A stretch of 64,000 bases of DNA, taken from assembly GCF_000737315.1 (NCBI RefSeq), contig NZ_JMCB01000017.1, positions 1 through 64,000 of the forward strand, written 5' to 3'. Origin of the DNA: Hyalangium minutum. GTDB taxonomy: Bacteria > Myxococcota > Myxococcia > Myxococcales > Myxococcaceae. This document shows, one piece after another, positions 47,110-57,526 of the stretch (its first letter is position 1; each line of letters starts with the position of its first letter). Under the pieces are notes generated by a model. That model saw only the letters and a program-made list of their open reading frames with translations, made no database searches and was not told the origin of the DNA. The position numbers and the translations under genes were made by a program.

Positions 47110-48164
47110 GACGGCCTCCTGCGCGAGGGCAGCAGCAGCATCCCCGCCACGAGCAGCGCCAGTCCCGCCACCGCGTACTCCTGGAAGCGCTCGTTGTAGC
47201 GCATGGTCACGCGGCTCTCGAGCTCGCTCTTCTGCATCTGATCGATGCGCTCCACCACCTGCCCCATGGCCACGCCACGAGGCTGATAGAAGAACGTGCC
47301 GCCGGTGGCCTCCGCGATGGCCGTCAGCCCTGCCCGATCCAGGCGGGTGATGACGGTCTCCCCGTTGGTGTCCTTCTTGTAGTCCACGAACTCGCCGCGC
47401 CGGTTGAAGATGGGGATGGGCTCGCCGCCCTCCGAGCCGACGCCAATCGCCAGCACCTGGACGTTGCCGTCCTTGAGCGCATCCACGGCCTCGTTCACCT
47501 CGCCGAAGAGGTCCTCACCGTCCGAGAGCAGGACGATGACGCGCTCCTTGGCGCCACGGTCCGCGTTGTCCAGCACCTGCTTGGACAGCTTCAGCGCCGC
47601 GCCGATGTTGCTGCCGCCCTGAGGCATCTGCTCCGGATCCACCGCGCGGAGGAACAGCTTCACCGCCGAGTAGTCCGAGGTGAGCGGCGACTGGATGAAG
47701 GCATCGCCCGCGAAGACGATGAGCCCCACCCGGTCTCCCTTCAGCTCGTCCAGCAGCGTGGAGAGCTCCAGCTTGGCGCGCTCCAGGCGGCTCGGCTGGA
47801 CGTCCCGGGCGAGCATGGACTTGGAGGCATCCAGCACCACCACCACGTCGATGCCCTTGCGCTTCATCAGCTCGCTCTTGCTGCCGCACTGGGGCTGCGC
47901 GAGCGCGAAGCCGAAGAGCAACAGCCCCAGCCCGTAGAGGCCGCCCTGCACGGCCGGACGCCACTCGGAGACACCGGGGGTCAGCTTCGGCGACAAGCGC
48001 TCATTGAGCACCGCGCGCACCCGCGAGCGGCGGCGCAGCGCCAGCACCAGCGCCAGCAGTCCCAGCACCACCCCCACCAGGCACAGCAACAGGAAGAGCG
48101 GCTGCGCCAGGCGCACCGGATAGCCCAGCGGGCTGAAGTCCCAGGGGCCCACGTGCGGAATCAT
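47106..48164 (-). CDS. vWA-domain protein (BatB-like)
   Basis: MIDAS DASKS, DRVGLIVFAG, LLSDGE. Confidence 0.88.
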   Translation of the reverse strand: MIPHVGPWDFSPLGYPVRLAQPLFLLLCLVGVVLGLLALVLALRRRSRVRAVLNERLSPKLTPGVSEWRPAVQGGLYGLGLLLFGFALAQPQCGSKSELMKRKGIDVVVVLDASKSMLARDVQPSRLERAKLELSTLLDELKGDRVGLIVFAGDAFIQSPLTSDYSAVKLFLRAVDPEQMPQGGSNIGAALKLSKQVLDNADRGAKERVIVLLSDGEDLFGEVNEAVDALKDGNVQVLAIGVGSEGGEPIPIFNRRGEFVDYKKDTNGETVITRLDRAGLTAIAEATGGTFFYQPRGVAMGQVVERIDQMQKSELESRVTMRYNERFQEYAVAGLALLVAGMLLLPSRRRPS

Positions 48165-49171
48165 GGGAACACCCGCAGGAAGGTGGCGCGCAGGAGCAGC
48201 TCCAGCGCGGCGAGGCCGAACGCCAACAACAGGAACTCGTGGTAGTCCTCGCGGTACGTGGCCGAGGCCCCGCCCTCCATGATCTTCGAGCGCTCCAGCG
48301 AGTCGAGCACTTGCTGGAGGCCCTGCTTGAGACCCTCGGGGTCTGTGGCGCGGTAGTACTCGCCGCCGGTGGACGCCGCGATATCCTGCAGCAGCTCGGG
48401 GTTGATGGGGATCTCCGTGTCACGCCACACGGTGTTGCCAAAGAGGTCCTGCCCCTGGGGGAACGGCACCTTGCCGCCCTTGCCCACGAGGATGGTGTAG
48501 ATGGGGATCTTCAGCGCCTTGCCCATGTTGGCGGCATCGAGCGGAGAGATCTTCCCGGCGTTGTTGTCGCCGTCGGTGATGAGCACCACCACGCGGCTCT
48601 TGGCTTCCGAGTCCCTCAGGCGGTTGAGCGAGGTGGCGAGCGCGTCACCAATCGCGGTGCCGTCCTCGAGCACGCGGGTGCGCAGCTGCTTGATGACCTC
48701 GCGGAGCACGCCGTAGTCCAGGGTGAGCGGGGACTGCGTGTACGCGGCGCCGGCGAACACCACCAAGCCGATGCGATCGTTGACGCGGTTGGTGATGAAC
48801 TCGGAGAGAACTTCCTTGGCCACGTGGAGGCGGTTCTGCGGGCGGAAGTCGCCGGCCTCCATGGAGGTGGAGAGGTCCAGGGCGACGACGATGTCGATGC
48901 CCTCCACGTTCAGGTCCTTCACGCGCTGGTCGCGCACCTGGGGCCGGGCGATGGCGATGACCGCGGCGGCCACGGCGATGACGCGCATGAGGGGCAGCAG
49001 CGGCAGCAGGTAGGTGCGCAGGCCGCGGCCTTGCTTGGCGAAGACGTGCGCGGCGGAGAAGCGCAGCACGGCGCGGCGGCGGCGCTCGCGCCAGGCCTGG
49101 GCCAGCAGCAAGGGCACCAGCAGGAGCCCCCAGAGCGCCTGGGGGCTATGAAACGCGAGGTCCAGGGGCAT
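48161..49171 (-). CDS. vWA-domain protein (BatA-like)
   Basis: MIDAS DLSTS, DRIGLVVFAG, GTAIGDAL, LITDG. Confidence 0.9.
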   Translation of the reverse strand: MPLDLAFHSPQALWGLLLVPLLLAQAWRERRRRAVLRFSAAHVFAKQGRGLRTYLLPLLPLMRVIAVAAAVIAIARPQVRDQRVKDLNVEGIDIVVALDLSTSMEAGDFRPQNRLHVAKEVLSEFITNRVNDRIGLVVFAGAAYTQSPLTLDYGVLREVIKQLRTRVLEDGTAIGDALATSLNRLRDSEAKSRVVVLITDGDNNAGKISPLDAANMGKALKIPIYTILVGKGGKVPFPQGQDLFGNTVWRDTEIPINPELLQDIAASTGGEYYRATDPEGLKQGLQQVLDSLERSKIMEGGASATYREDYHEFLLLAFGLAALELLLRATFLRVFP

Positions 49172-50189
49172 GGGGAGGGGGTTGGGCAGGGGCAGGCGCG
49201 GGCGGGACGTAGGTCTTCTCGACCAGCTGGAAGCCGAAGGCGAGCGACTGCGAGCAGGACTCCGGGCTGGCCTCGGCCTTGGCGTACTTCACCATGTCCG
49301 ACTCGGAGATGAAGCGCAGGAGGTCCTCCTCGGGCAGGTTCGGCGTGCGCAGCTTGCGCAGCGAGGCGATCAGCTCCGGGGTGGTGCACTCCAGTGCCTC
49401 GAAGGAGTACCGCTCACCGAGGTAGCCGCGGATGATCTCCGAGAGGCGGAAGTAGAACTCCTTCACCTGGCCCTTGGCGGGCAGGTTCTCCTTGCCAAGC
49501 GCGTTGAGCGCCTCACGGGTGCGGACATCCAGCGGCGCGAGCGGCTTGGTCACCACCACTTGAGGACGCGGGCGGCGGATCCACTTGATGAGGCCCCACG
49601 CGAGCAGGCCCGCCACGAGCACACCGGCCAGGATGTAGAGCAGCCGCCAGGAGCGGATGGGGACCTCGGCGGGCGGCTGGAAGTCGAAGAGGTTGGCCCC
49701 CTGCTCGTCCGCGTCCTTGGGCAGCGTGGGGATGACCTCTACCTGCATGCCGGGCACGGAAATGGACTGGATCGCGTTGGGCGAGGTCAGCTCGAAGGTG
49801 AGGTCCGGGAGCGTGAGCACGCCCAGCTCGAAGGCGGACATCTTCAGCTTGAAGGTGGTGACGGAGCCGCCCGGCCCATCCTGGCGCTGGCGGGCCTGCT
49901 CCAGGATCTCGAACTTCTCCAGCTCCTTGGGCGCCACCAGCTCGAAGCGCTGGTCCCTCGCGTGCGTGAAGGTGAGCTCGTAGACGAAGGGATCGCCAAT
50001 CTTGGCTTGCTGCGGGAGGACACGGCCCTTCACGCCCCAGTCCTCCACCTCCGGGGCCTTGCCATCCACGGGCACGCCAGCGTCCAGCACCTGGGCCTGG
50101 AGCGACTGGCCCTCGCCAGCGGGCCCTTCCTTGGGACCGCCACAGGCAGCCAGCCCGAGCACGAGCGCGAAGAGGAGCAGCCGCCTCAT
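49146..50189 (-). CDS. lipoprotein with Ig-like domain, internal TM helix and cytoplasmic helical domain
   Basis: Lipobox LAAC, IGDPF..EL, TM WRLLYILAGVLVAGLLAWGL, RGYLGERY..ALE.TT.EL. Confidence 0.7.
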   Translation of the reverse strand: MRRLLLFALVLGLAACGGPKEGPAGEGQSLQAQVLDAGVPVDGKAPEVEDWGVKGRVLPQQAKIGDPFVYELTFTHARDQRFELVAPKELEKFEILEQARQRQDGPGGSVTTFKLKMSAFELGVLTLPDLTFELTSPNAIQSISVPGMQVEVIPTLPKDADEQGANLFDFQPPAEVPIRSWRLLYILAGVLVAGLLAWGLIKWIRRPRPQVVVTKPLAPLDVRTREALNALGKENLPAKGQVKEFYFRLSEIIRGYLGERYSFEALECTTPELIASLRKLRTPNLPEEDLLRFISESDMVKYAKAEASPESCSQSLAFGFQLVEKTYVPPAPAPAQPPPHAPGPRVS

Positions 50190-51067
50190 GCCGCCATCCT
50201 CCGGGCCCGGGCGCGGAAGAACTGCGCGAGCGCCTTGCCGTGGTCATCGTCGGCGCGCAGCTCCACGTGGTCCAGCTCCAGCTTCTTGAAGAGGCGCAGG
50301 CGGTCCTGGCGCTGGGCCTGCATGGCGCGGGCGAAGCGGCCGCGGATGCGCGGGTCGCTCGTGTCCACGACGAAGCGCTCGCCCGTCTCGGGGTCCTCCA
50401 TCTCCACGAGGCCCATCTTGGGGAACTGCACCTCCAGCGGGTCGGCGATGACGACGGGCACCAGGTCGTGCTTGCGGCCCACGAGCCGGAGCGGCTTCTC
50501 GTAGTCGCGCGCGAGGAAGTCCGAGATGAGGAACGTCACGGCTTTCCGCTTGGCCACCTGGCGCAGGTAGGTGAGGCCCGCGCCGAGGTCCGTGCCGCGG
50601 CCCTGCGGCTGGAAGGTGAGGATGTCGCTGATGAGGCGCAGCACGTGGCTGCGGCCCTTGCGCGGCGGCACCACCTTCTCCACCCGGTCCGAGAAGAGAA
50701 TAAGCCCCACCCGGTCGTTGTTGGAGATGGCGCTGAAGGCGATCTGCGCAGCCACTTCGGCGGCGATCTCGGCCTTGGAGCGCTCGGCCGATCCGAACTC
50801 CTTGGAGGCGGACACGTCCACCACGAGCATCACGGTGAGCTCACGCTCCTCGGTGAAGACCTTGACGTAGGCCTCGTTCATGCGCGCGGTGACGTTCCAG
50901 TCGATGATGCGGATCTCGTCGCCGGGCTGGTACTGGCGCACCTCGGAGAAGGCCATGCCGCGGCCCTTGAAGACCGAGTGGTACTGACCCGCGAGCATGT
51001 CCGAGACCACCTTGCGGGTCCGGATCTCCAGCTTGCGGATGCGGCGAATGAGGTCCTTGGGGAGCAC
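50186..51067 (-). CDS. DUF58 protein
   Basis: GRGMAFSEVRQYQPGDEIRIIDWNVTAR, VDVSAS, FLISDF. Confidence 0.93.
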   Translation of the reverse strand: MLPKDLIRRIRKLEIRTRKVVSDMLAGQYHSVFKGRGMAFSEVRQYQPGDEIRIIDWNVTARMNEAYVKVFTEERELTVMLVVDVSASKEFGSAERSKAEIAAEVAAQIAFSAISNNDRVGLILFSDRVEKVVPPRKGRSHVLRLISDILTFQPQGRGTDLGAGLTYLRQVAKRKAVTFLISDFLARDYEKPLRLVGRKHDLVPVVIADPLEVQFPKMGLVEMEDPETGERFVVDTSDPRIRGRFARAMQAQRQDRLRLFKKLELDHVELRADDDHGKALAQFFRARARRMAA

Positions 51068-51092
51068 GGGGCGTTCGGGACGGTGGCCAGGG

Positions 51093-52082
<990 letters not shown>

Positions 52083-52130
52083 GTCCCCTCGGTGGGCGGC
52101 AACGGCCGGCAAAGCCGGAAACGGCCGGGC

Positions 52131-52159
52131 AGACTAGGGTTTCAGGCCGAACGTCTCAA
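52131..52159 (-). promoter_or_regulatory. SigA-type promoter of the moxR-bat operon
   Basis: Minus strand TTGAGA-N17-TAGTCT. Confidence 0.5.
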
Positions 52160-52290
52160 CACCGCAGAAGGACGGACATTCCGGTAAGGTGGGCGTCCCT
52201 GTTCTCCGGAGTCTCCATGCCCGTGAGTTCCCGGCCGTCCCGCGCGCCGTATCCCACACGCCCGAGCCCATCCGGGAGGGGGGTTCCGGC

Positions 52291-53190
52291 GTGACTCCGT
52301 CCGGGCCTGGGCCGGTGGAGGCCTACATCCTAGGGCAGCTCGCCCCGATGGTGCAGGCCCGCACGCACTGGCTGAAGAGTGGAGGGGCGCTCCGGGTGCT
52401 GGAGGGGGGCGAGGGCCCCCCGGTGGTGCTGCTGCACGGGCGAGGGCACGCGGCGGCGATGTGGTTCTCCTACCTCACGGTGCTGGCGAGGGGCCGGAGG
52501 GTGCTTGCGCTGGACCTGCCGGGGTTCGGCCTGTCCTCCTCTCCCGAGGGGGCACTGAGGACGGGGGAGAACGGGGTGCGGTTCTTCACCGAACCGGTGG
52601 AGGAACTGCTGGAGACGCTGGCGCCGGGGCCAGTGGCGGTGGTGGGGCACTCGCTGGGGGGGTTGGTGGCGCTGGAGCTGGCGCTGCGGGGGAAGGTGCC
52701 AGTGGAGCGGCTGGTGCTGATCGACTCGATGGGGCTGGGGCCAGAGATGACGCCCCTGGCCCGGACCTTCTTTAGAGCCGGCCCGGAGCGGGTAGCGCGA
52801 ACATTGGGACAGCAACTGTTCGACCGGCTGTTGCCGCCGCCGGAGACGCCACTGGGCCGGAGGTTAGGGGCGCTGGGGTACGAGCTGCTGGCGGTGCCCG
52901 GAGGCCGTCCCCGGGCGGCCAAGGCCTTCAACACGCTCGTGCCGCTGATGGGCGGAGTGTTCCACCGGGGTGAACAGCTCGCATCGGTGAAGCAGCCGGT
53001 GCTGCTGGTGTGGGGAGAGAAGGAGGACACCCTCCCCGTCTCACTGGCGGTCGAGGCCTCGAAGCGGCTGCCCGAGGCACGGCTGCTGCGCGTAGTGGCC
53101 GGGCACAGCCCTCACCTGGAACGCCCCGAGGTAGTGCTCCCGGCGCTCAAGGCGTTCCTAGAGGATGTCCCTGAGAAGACGGCGCCCTGA
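52291..53190 (+). CDS. alpha/beta hydrolase
   Basis: VLLHGRG, DLPGFG, GHSLGG, AGHSPHLE; GTG start inferred. Confidence 0.85.
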   Translation: MTPSGPGPVEAYILGQLAPMVQARTHWLKSGGALRVLEGGEGPPVVLLHGRGHAAAMWFSYLTVLARGRRVLALDLPGFGLSSSPEGALRTGENGVRFFTEPVEELLETLAPGPVAVVGHSLGGLVALELALRGKVPVERLVLIDSMGLGPEMTPLARTFFRAGPERVARTLGQQLFDRLLPPPETPLGRRLGALGYELLAVPGGRPRAAKAFNTLVPLMGGVFHRGEQLASVKQPVLLVWGEKEDTLPVSLAVEASKRLPEARLLRVVAGHSPHLERPEVVLPALKAFLEDVPEKTAP

Positions 53191-53290
53191 GCGCGTGCGC
53201 TCACTGTGCCTCTACTCCCTGGGTGGTATCGATTCGGAAGGGAGCGCTGGGTAGGTACTCCCATCACCCGAATCACCGCCAGGCGAGTCC

Positions 53291-56200
53291 ATGCACCGAG
53301 CCTTGACGACGGCCCTGCTCATCACCCTGAGCGGAGCATGTGCGACGGTAGAGCGGCCACGCACGGATTCCCGCCTGGAGGAGGCCCAGAAGGCCTGGGA
53401 TGAAGGGCAGCGGCTGAACGCGGCGGGGAAATATGCCGACGCCCTCCCGCTCATCCAGCAGGCACTGCGTCTCCGAGAGGAGGCGCTCACCGAGCAGCAC
53501 CCCTCCGTCGCCGACTGCATCAACCTGCTGGGCGAGCTGCACGTGCAGCAGGGGGACCTGTCCCAGGCGGAGCCCCTGCTGACCCGCGCGCTCCAGTTGC
53601 GAGAGAGGCTCCTCGGGGAGCGCCACCCGGACGTCGCCCGCACCCTCAACAGCATGGCGGCCCTCCACTTCTACCGGGGGCGCCACACCGAGGCGGTGGC
53701 GCTGTCAGAGCGCGCCCTGCGCATCCAGGAGGAGACCCTCGGCCCCCACCACCCAGACGTCGCCGAGTCCCTCAACAACCTCGCCGCGCTCTACCACACG
53801 CAAGGCCTCTTTACCCAGGCCATCCCCCTGTTCGAGCGCGCGCTGGCGATCTGGGTGCCGGCCCTCGGTGAGAGACACCCGCTCGTGGCCAACACCCTCA
53901 ACAACCTCGCGATGATCTACGTCTCGCAAGGGCACTTCGCGCGCGCCGAGCCCCTGTTCAAGCGCGCCCTCGAGATCCGCGAGGCCCTCCTCGGAAAGAA
54001 CCACCCGGACATCGCCCTGACGCTCCAGAGCCTGGCCCTCCTCTATAGCGCGCAAGGGCTCTACGCACGCGCCGCCCCTCTGGCCGAGCGAGCCCTGGCC
54101 ATCCGCGAGGCGGCGCTCGGTCCCACCCACCCCGAGGTGGCCCTCGCCCTCGCCAACCTCGCCATCAACTACCAGTACCTCGGGCTCGACACGCGCGCCG
54201 AGGAACTCCACCTGCGCGCGCTCGCGCTGCGCGAGAAGAGCCTGGGCCCGAACCACCCGGACGTCGCCCACTCGCTCTCCAACCTCGCCGCCCTCTACAT
54301 GGAGCAGGGCCTCCATGAGCGCGCCGAGCCCCTCCAGCTGCGCGCGCTCCAGATCCGTGAGGCCGCGCTCGGCGCGGACCACCTCGATGTCGCTCGATCG
54401 CTCCAGAAGCTGGCCGCGCTCTACTTGGAGCAGGGGCTCTACGAACGCGCCGAGCCGCTGCTGCTGCGCGCGCTCAAGCTGGGGGAAGCAGCGCTCGGCG
54501 AGACCCACCCCAGCCTCGCCAACTGGCGCGCGACCCTCGCCAGGCTCTACACGCTTCAGGGGCGTTATGCGCAGGCACTTTCCCTGTATCAGCGCGTCCT
54601 CTCCATCCAGCGGGCGGCCCTGGGAGAGGCCCACCCGGATCTCGCCAACTCGCTCCACGGCACCGCCCTGTTGCGGCTGGCCGAAGGACGCTTCGATGAG
54701 GCCGTGCCGCTGTTCGAGCAGGCGTTCACCGCCTCGGAGCAGCATCTGCGCCAGCAGGTGCTCGGCCTCTCCGAGCAGCGCCTGGCCTCCTTCCTCAACG
54801 AGCTCCGCGCCCACGAGGCGGAGCTCTACGCGTTCGTCCGGGCCCACCGCGGCGACAGGCGCGTGCTCCGCCTGGCCCTGTCCTCCGCGCTGCTGCGCAA
54901 GGGCCGCTCCGTCCAGGAGATCGCGCAGACCTCTCACATCATCTCCCGCTCCCTGAACCCGGCGGATCGCGAGGCCTTCGAGCGTCTCCGCACCCTGCGG
55001 ACCCATTTCGCCACCCTCTCGCTGGCCGGGCCCGGCAACCTCCCGCTGGACCGCTACCAGCAGCGCCTCAAGGAGCTCTCCCGCGAGGGTGACACGCTGG
55101 AGGCCGAGCTGGCCGAGCGCTCCGCGCCTCTTCGCAGACTCCAAGCCCTGCCCTCCCGCGAGCAGTTGCTGCCGCGCGTGGCGGAAGCCCTGCCCCCTGA
55201 GAGCGCGCTGATCGAGCTGGTCGCCTACCAGGATCACCCCCTGCAGCCCCCGCCCGGCGTGGCCCTCCAGCAGGTGCCCAGCCACCTGCGCTATCTGGCG
55301 CTCCTGCTCTTCCCCGACGGAGCCACTCAGGCGGTGGATCTCGGACCGGCGGAGCCCATCGACCGCGCCGCCCAGCGGCTGCACGACGCGCTCTCCCACG
55401 AATCCACCTCCTACCTGCCTGCCGCCCGGGCCCTCTACACGCTCGCGTTCCGCCCCCTGGAGCCCCACCTGCGCAAGGCGCGCCGGCTCTTCCTCTCTCC
55501 GGATGGCCGGCTCAACCTCGTGCCCTTCGCCGCGCTCCACGATGGCCAGCGCTACCTCGTGGATACCTTTCACATCACCTACCTCACCTCCGGCAAGGAC
55601 TTGCTGGCTCGCGCGGAGGACCGCCCCTCCAGCACCTCGGTGGTCATCCTGGCGGACCCCGCCTTCAGCGCCGCGCTGGACATAGCTTCCCCGGGCGATT
55701 CCTCTCCGCCGAAGCCCACGGAGCGCTCCGTGGGCCTGCAGCGGCTCTTCTCCACCCTGCGCTCGGAAGAGGCGGACGTTCCCTGGACGCCGCTGCCAGG
55801 CACTCGCGTGGAGGCCGAAACCCTTCACCGCCTGTTGCCCCAGGCTCAGTTGCTCCTGGGCGCGGATGCCACCAAGCAGGCCCTGCTCAACCTCTCCACT
55901 CCGGGAGTGCTGCACATCGCCACCCATGGCTTCTTTCTCGAAGACGCCCACGCCTCGCCGGGCTCGCGCGCGGTGGGCCACTTCGGAGCCGTGGGCGCCA
56001 GCCTCCCAGAGCCTCCCAGCGACCCCCTGCTGCGCTCCGGGCTGGTGCTGGCTGGCATCCGCCCCGCCACGGCTCCTTCTGGCGCGCCTCGGCCCGAGGA
56101 TTCCCTGGCTACGGCGCTCGAGCTGACAGGGCTCAACCTGTGGGGCACCCAGCTGGTGGTCCTGTCGGCCTGTGACACAGGCCGCGGAAAGATCAGCCTG

Positions 56201-56485
56201 GGAGACGGCGTCTACGGCCTGCGCCGGGCGTTCCTCGTGGCGGGCGCCGAGACGCTGGTCACCAGCCTCTGGAAGATTCGTGACGAGGTGACGCACCAGC
56301 TCATGGAGGGCTACTACCGTCACCTGCTGGCGGGCGAGGACCGCTCCGCCGCGCTCCGCGAGGCGATGAGGGAGTTCCGGCAGAAGCACCCCCATCCCCA
56401 CTTCTGGGCCCCGTTCATCTCCCTGGGCCGAGATGCGCCGCTGCAGGGGCTGGCGCCGTCTCCTCCGGCGGCGTCAGCCCCCTGA
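53291..56485 (+). CDS. TPR-CHAT caspase-like protease with lipoprotein signal
   Basis: Lipobox SGAC, 10 x 42-aa TPRs, CHAT His (HIATHG) and Cys (LSACDTG), HPHFWAPF. Confidence 0.92.
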   Translation: MHRALTTALLITLSGACATVERPRTDSRLEEAQKAWDEGQRLNAAGKYADALPLIQQALRLREEALTEQHPSVADCINLLGELHVQQGDLSQAEPLLTRALQLRERLLGERHPDVARTLNSMAALHFYRGRHTEAVALSERALRIQEETLGPHHPDVAESLNNLAALYHTQGLFTQAIPLFERALAIWVPALGERHPLVANTLNNLAMIYVSQGHFARAEPLFKRALEIREALLGKNHPDIALTLQSLALLYSAQGLYARAAPLAERALAIREAALGPTHPEVALALANLAINYQYLGLDTRAEELHLRALALREKSLGPNHPDVAHSLSNLAALYMEQGLHERAEPLQLRALQIREAALGADHLDVARSLQKLAALYLEQGLYERAEPLLLRALKLGEAALGETHPSLANWRATLARLYTLQGRYAQALSLYQRVLSIQRAALGEAHPDLANSLHGTALLRLAEGRFDEAVPLFEQAFTASEQHLRQQVLGLSEQRLASFLNELRAHEAELYAFVRAHRGDRRVLRLALSSALLRKGRSVQEIAQTSHIISRSLNPADREAFERLRTLRTHFATLSLAGPGNLPLDRYQQRLKELSREGDTLEAELAERSAPLRRLQALPSREQLLPRVAEALPPESALIELVAYQDHPLQPPPGVALQQVPSHLRYLALLLFPDGATQAVDLGPAEPIDRAAQRLHDALSHESTSYLPAARALYTLAFRPLEPHLRKARRLFLSPDGRLNLVPFAALHDGQRYLVDTFHITYLTSGKDLLARAEDRPSSTSVVILADPAFSAALDIASPGDSSPPKPTERSVGLQRLFSTLRSEEADVPWTPLPGTRVEAETLHRLLPQAQLLLGADATKQALLNLSTPGVLHIATHGFFLEDAHASPGSRAVGHFGAVGASLPEPPSDPLLRSGLVLAGIRPATAPSGAPRPEDSLATALELTGLNLWGTQLVVLSACDTGRGKISLGDGVYGLRRAFLVAGAETLVTSLWKIRDEVTHQLMEGYYRHLLAGEDRSAALREAMREFRQKHPHPHFWAPFISLGRDAPLQGLAPSPPAASAP
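53450..54730 (+). repeat. ten 42-aa (126-bp period) TPR_10/12-type repeats
   Basis: RAL.IRE..LG..HP.VA..L.NLA.LY..QG....AEPL. Confidence 0.9.
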
Positions 56486-56506
56486 CTCAGAAGGGAGAGC
56501 CCTCGA

Positions 56507-57349
56507 TCACTGGTAGGCGATGCGCAGGCTGTACGAGGGATACGACGTGTCGTATTCGCGGTAGTCCACCGTCATCGCGTTCGTGATGCGGACGAAGTAC
56601 GCCGTGTTCGCGGCCACGGGGAGCACGACTCGCGAGGCCTGACAGCTGGCCAGCCAGTAGTATTGCGGGCAGATGTCATCGTTCGAGCCCACCAGGGCCC
56701 CTGGCGCGCCATTCTGGTATTGGTAGACGCGCAGGTAGGTGTCGGCCGTCAGCTCCACCACGTCGAACGTCTCGAAGACCACCGTCCCCGCAGTGCTCAT
56801 GTACACGAGCACCCAGTCCTCATCCCCGTTGCGATGGAAGTTGTGCGCGTACTGCGGCGTTCCCAGGTACGCCTTGGCCTGGGAGTAGGAATTGTCGGCT
56901 TCGTAGGCGTCCAGCAACGGCAAGTGGCAATCGGTCGCGGAGCCTGTCGGCCGGCAGGTCCCGCTGCTACACGCGCAACCCGACCTGCAGCTACTCGACG
57001 AGGTGCAGGAGCGGACAGGGGGCTCGCTGCAATAGTCTCCTTCCGGCGGAGGGCCAAAGCCGTCCGGGACACAGGTGCCGCTGGAGCAGATGCAGGCACC
57101 CCTGCAGTTGTAATTGCTGGAGCAATACCGAACGCTCGTGGTCTGGATGCCTCCCATCGCCGCGACGTCGGCATCACCGGCCGCGGAGGCATTCGGGTGG
57201 TCCGTGCCATAGGGGGACGTGTAGTCCGTGAGGGCGTGCCGTGGCGCTGGGGTGCCCACGGCCGGTGACTCCTCGCCCAGCCCCTCGTCCAGGGTCCCTC
57301 CGCACGCGGCAATCACGGGTAGCAGGAACAGCAGGAAGCGGCGCAGCAT
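56507..57349 (-). CDS. lipoprotein with two Cys-rich repeats and a PPC-like (pre-peptidase C-terminal) domain
   Basis: Lipobox IAAC, 2 x CxxxxxCxxxCxCxxGxC, DAYEADNS...DEDW...DTYLRVY...SNDD. Confidence 0.75.
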   Translation of the reverse strand: MLRRFLLFLLPVIAACGGTLDEGLGEESPAVGTPAPRHALTDYTSPYGTDHPNASAAGDADVAAMGGIQTTSVRYCSSNYNCRGACICSSGTCVPDGFGPPPEGDYCSEPPVRSCTSSSSCRSGCACSSGTCRPTGSATDCHLPLLDAYEADNSYSQAKAYLGTPQYAHNFHRNGDEDWVLVYMSTAGTVVFETFDVVELTADTYLRVYQYQNGAPGALVGSNDDICPQYYWLASCQASRVVLPVAANTAYFVRITNAMTVDYREYDTSYPSYSLRIAYQ

Positions 57350-57421
57350 GATCTTCTCCTTGGTGAAGCGAGGGCATCAGGCCCTCGTCTCGGCTCCGGC
57401 TCACGAGAGGTGACCGGTTCC

Positions 57422-57457
57422 TCACACCCAGGAGGCATTGACCGCGCAAGCTATGCA
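57422..57457 (-). promoter_or_regulatory. shared upstream motif, copy 1 (TGCATAGC-N13-GCCTCC-N4-TGTGA)
   Basis: About 73 nt upstream of the 57349 start; same spacing as the copy at 62224-62257. Confidence 0.5.
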
Positions 57458-57470
57458 TGAACCTGTCTCA

Positions 57471-57501
57471 GGGCCGGAGTTCCCACCGGCGACTCCGGCC
57501 C
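57471..57501. terminator. GC-rich hairpin downstream of the Kelch gene
   Basis: GGGCCGGAGT-N11-ACTCCGGCCC, 10-bp stem, no U-tract. Confidence 0.4.
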
Positions 57502-57526
57502 CAGGAGTCATCTCCAGCGCTCGGGC

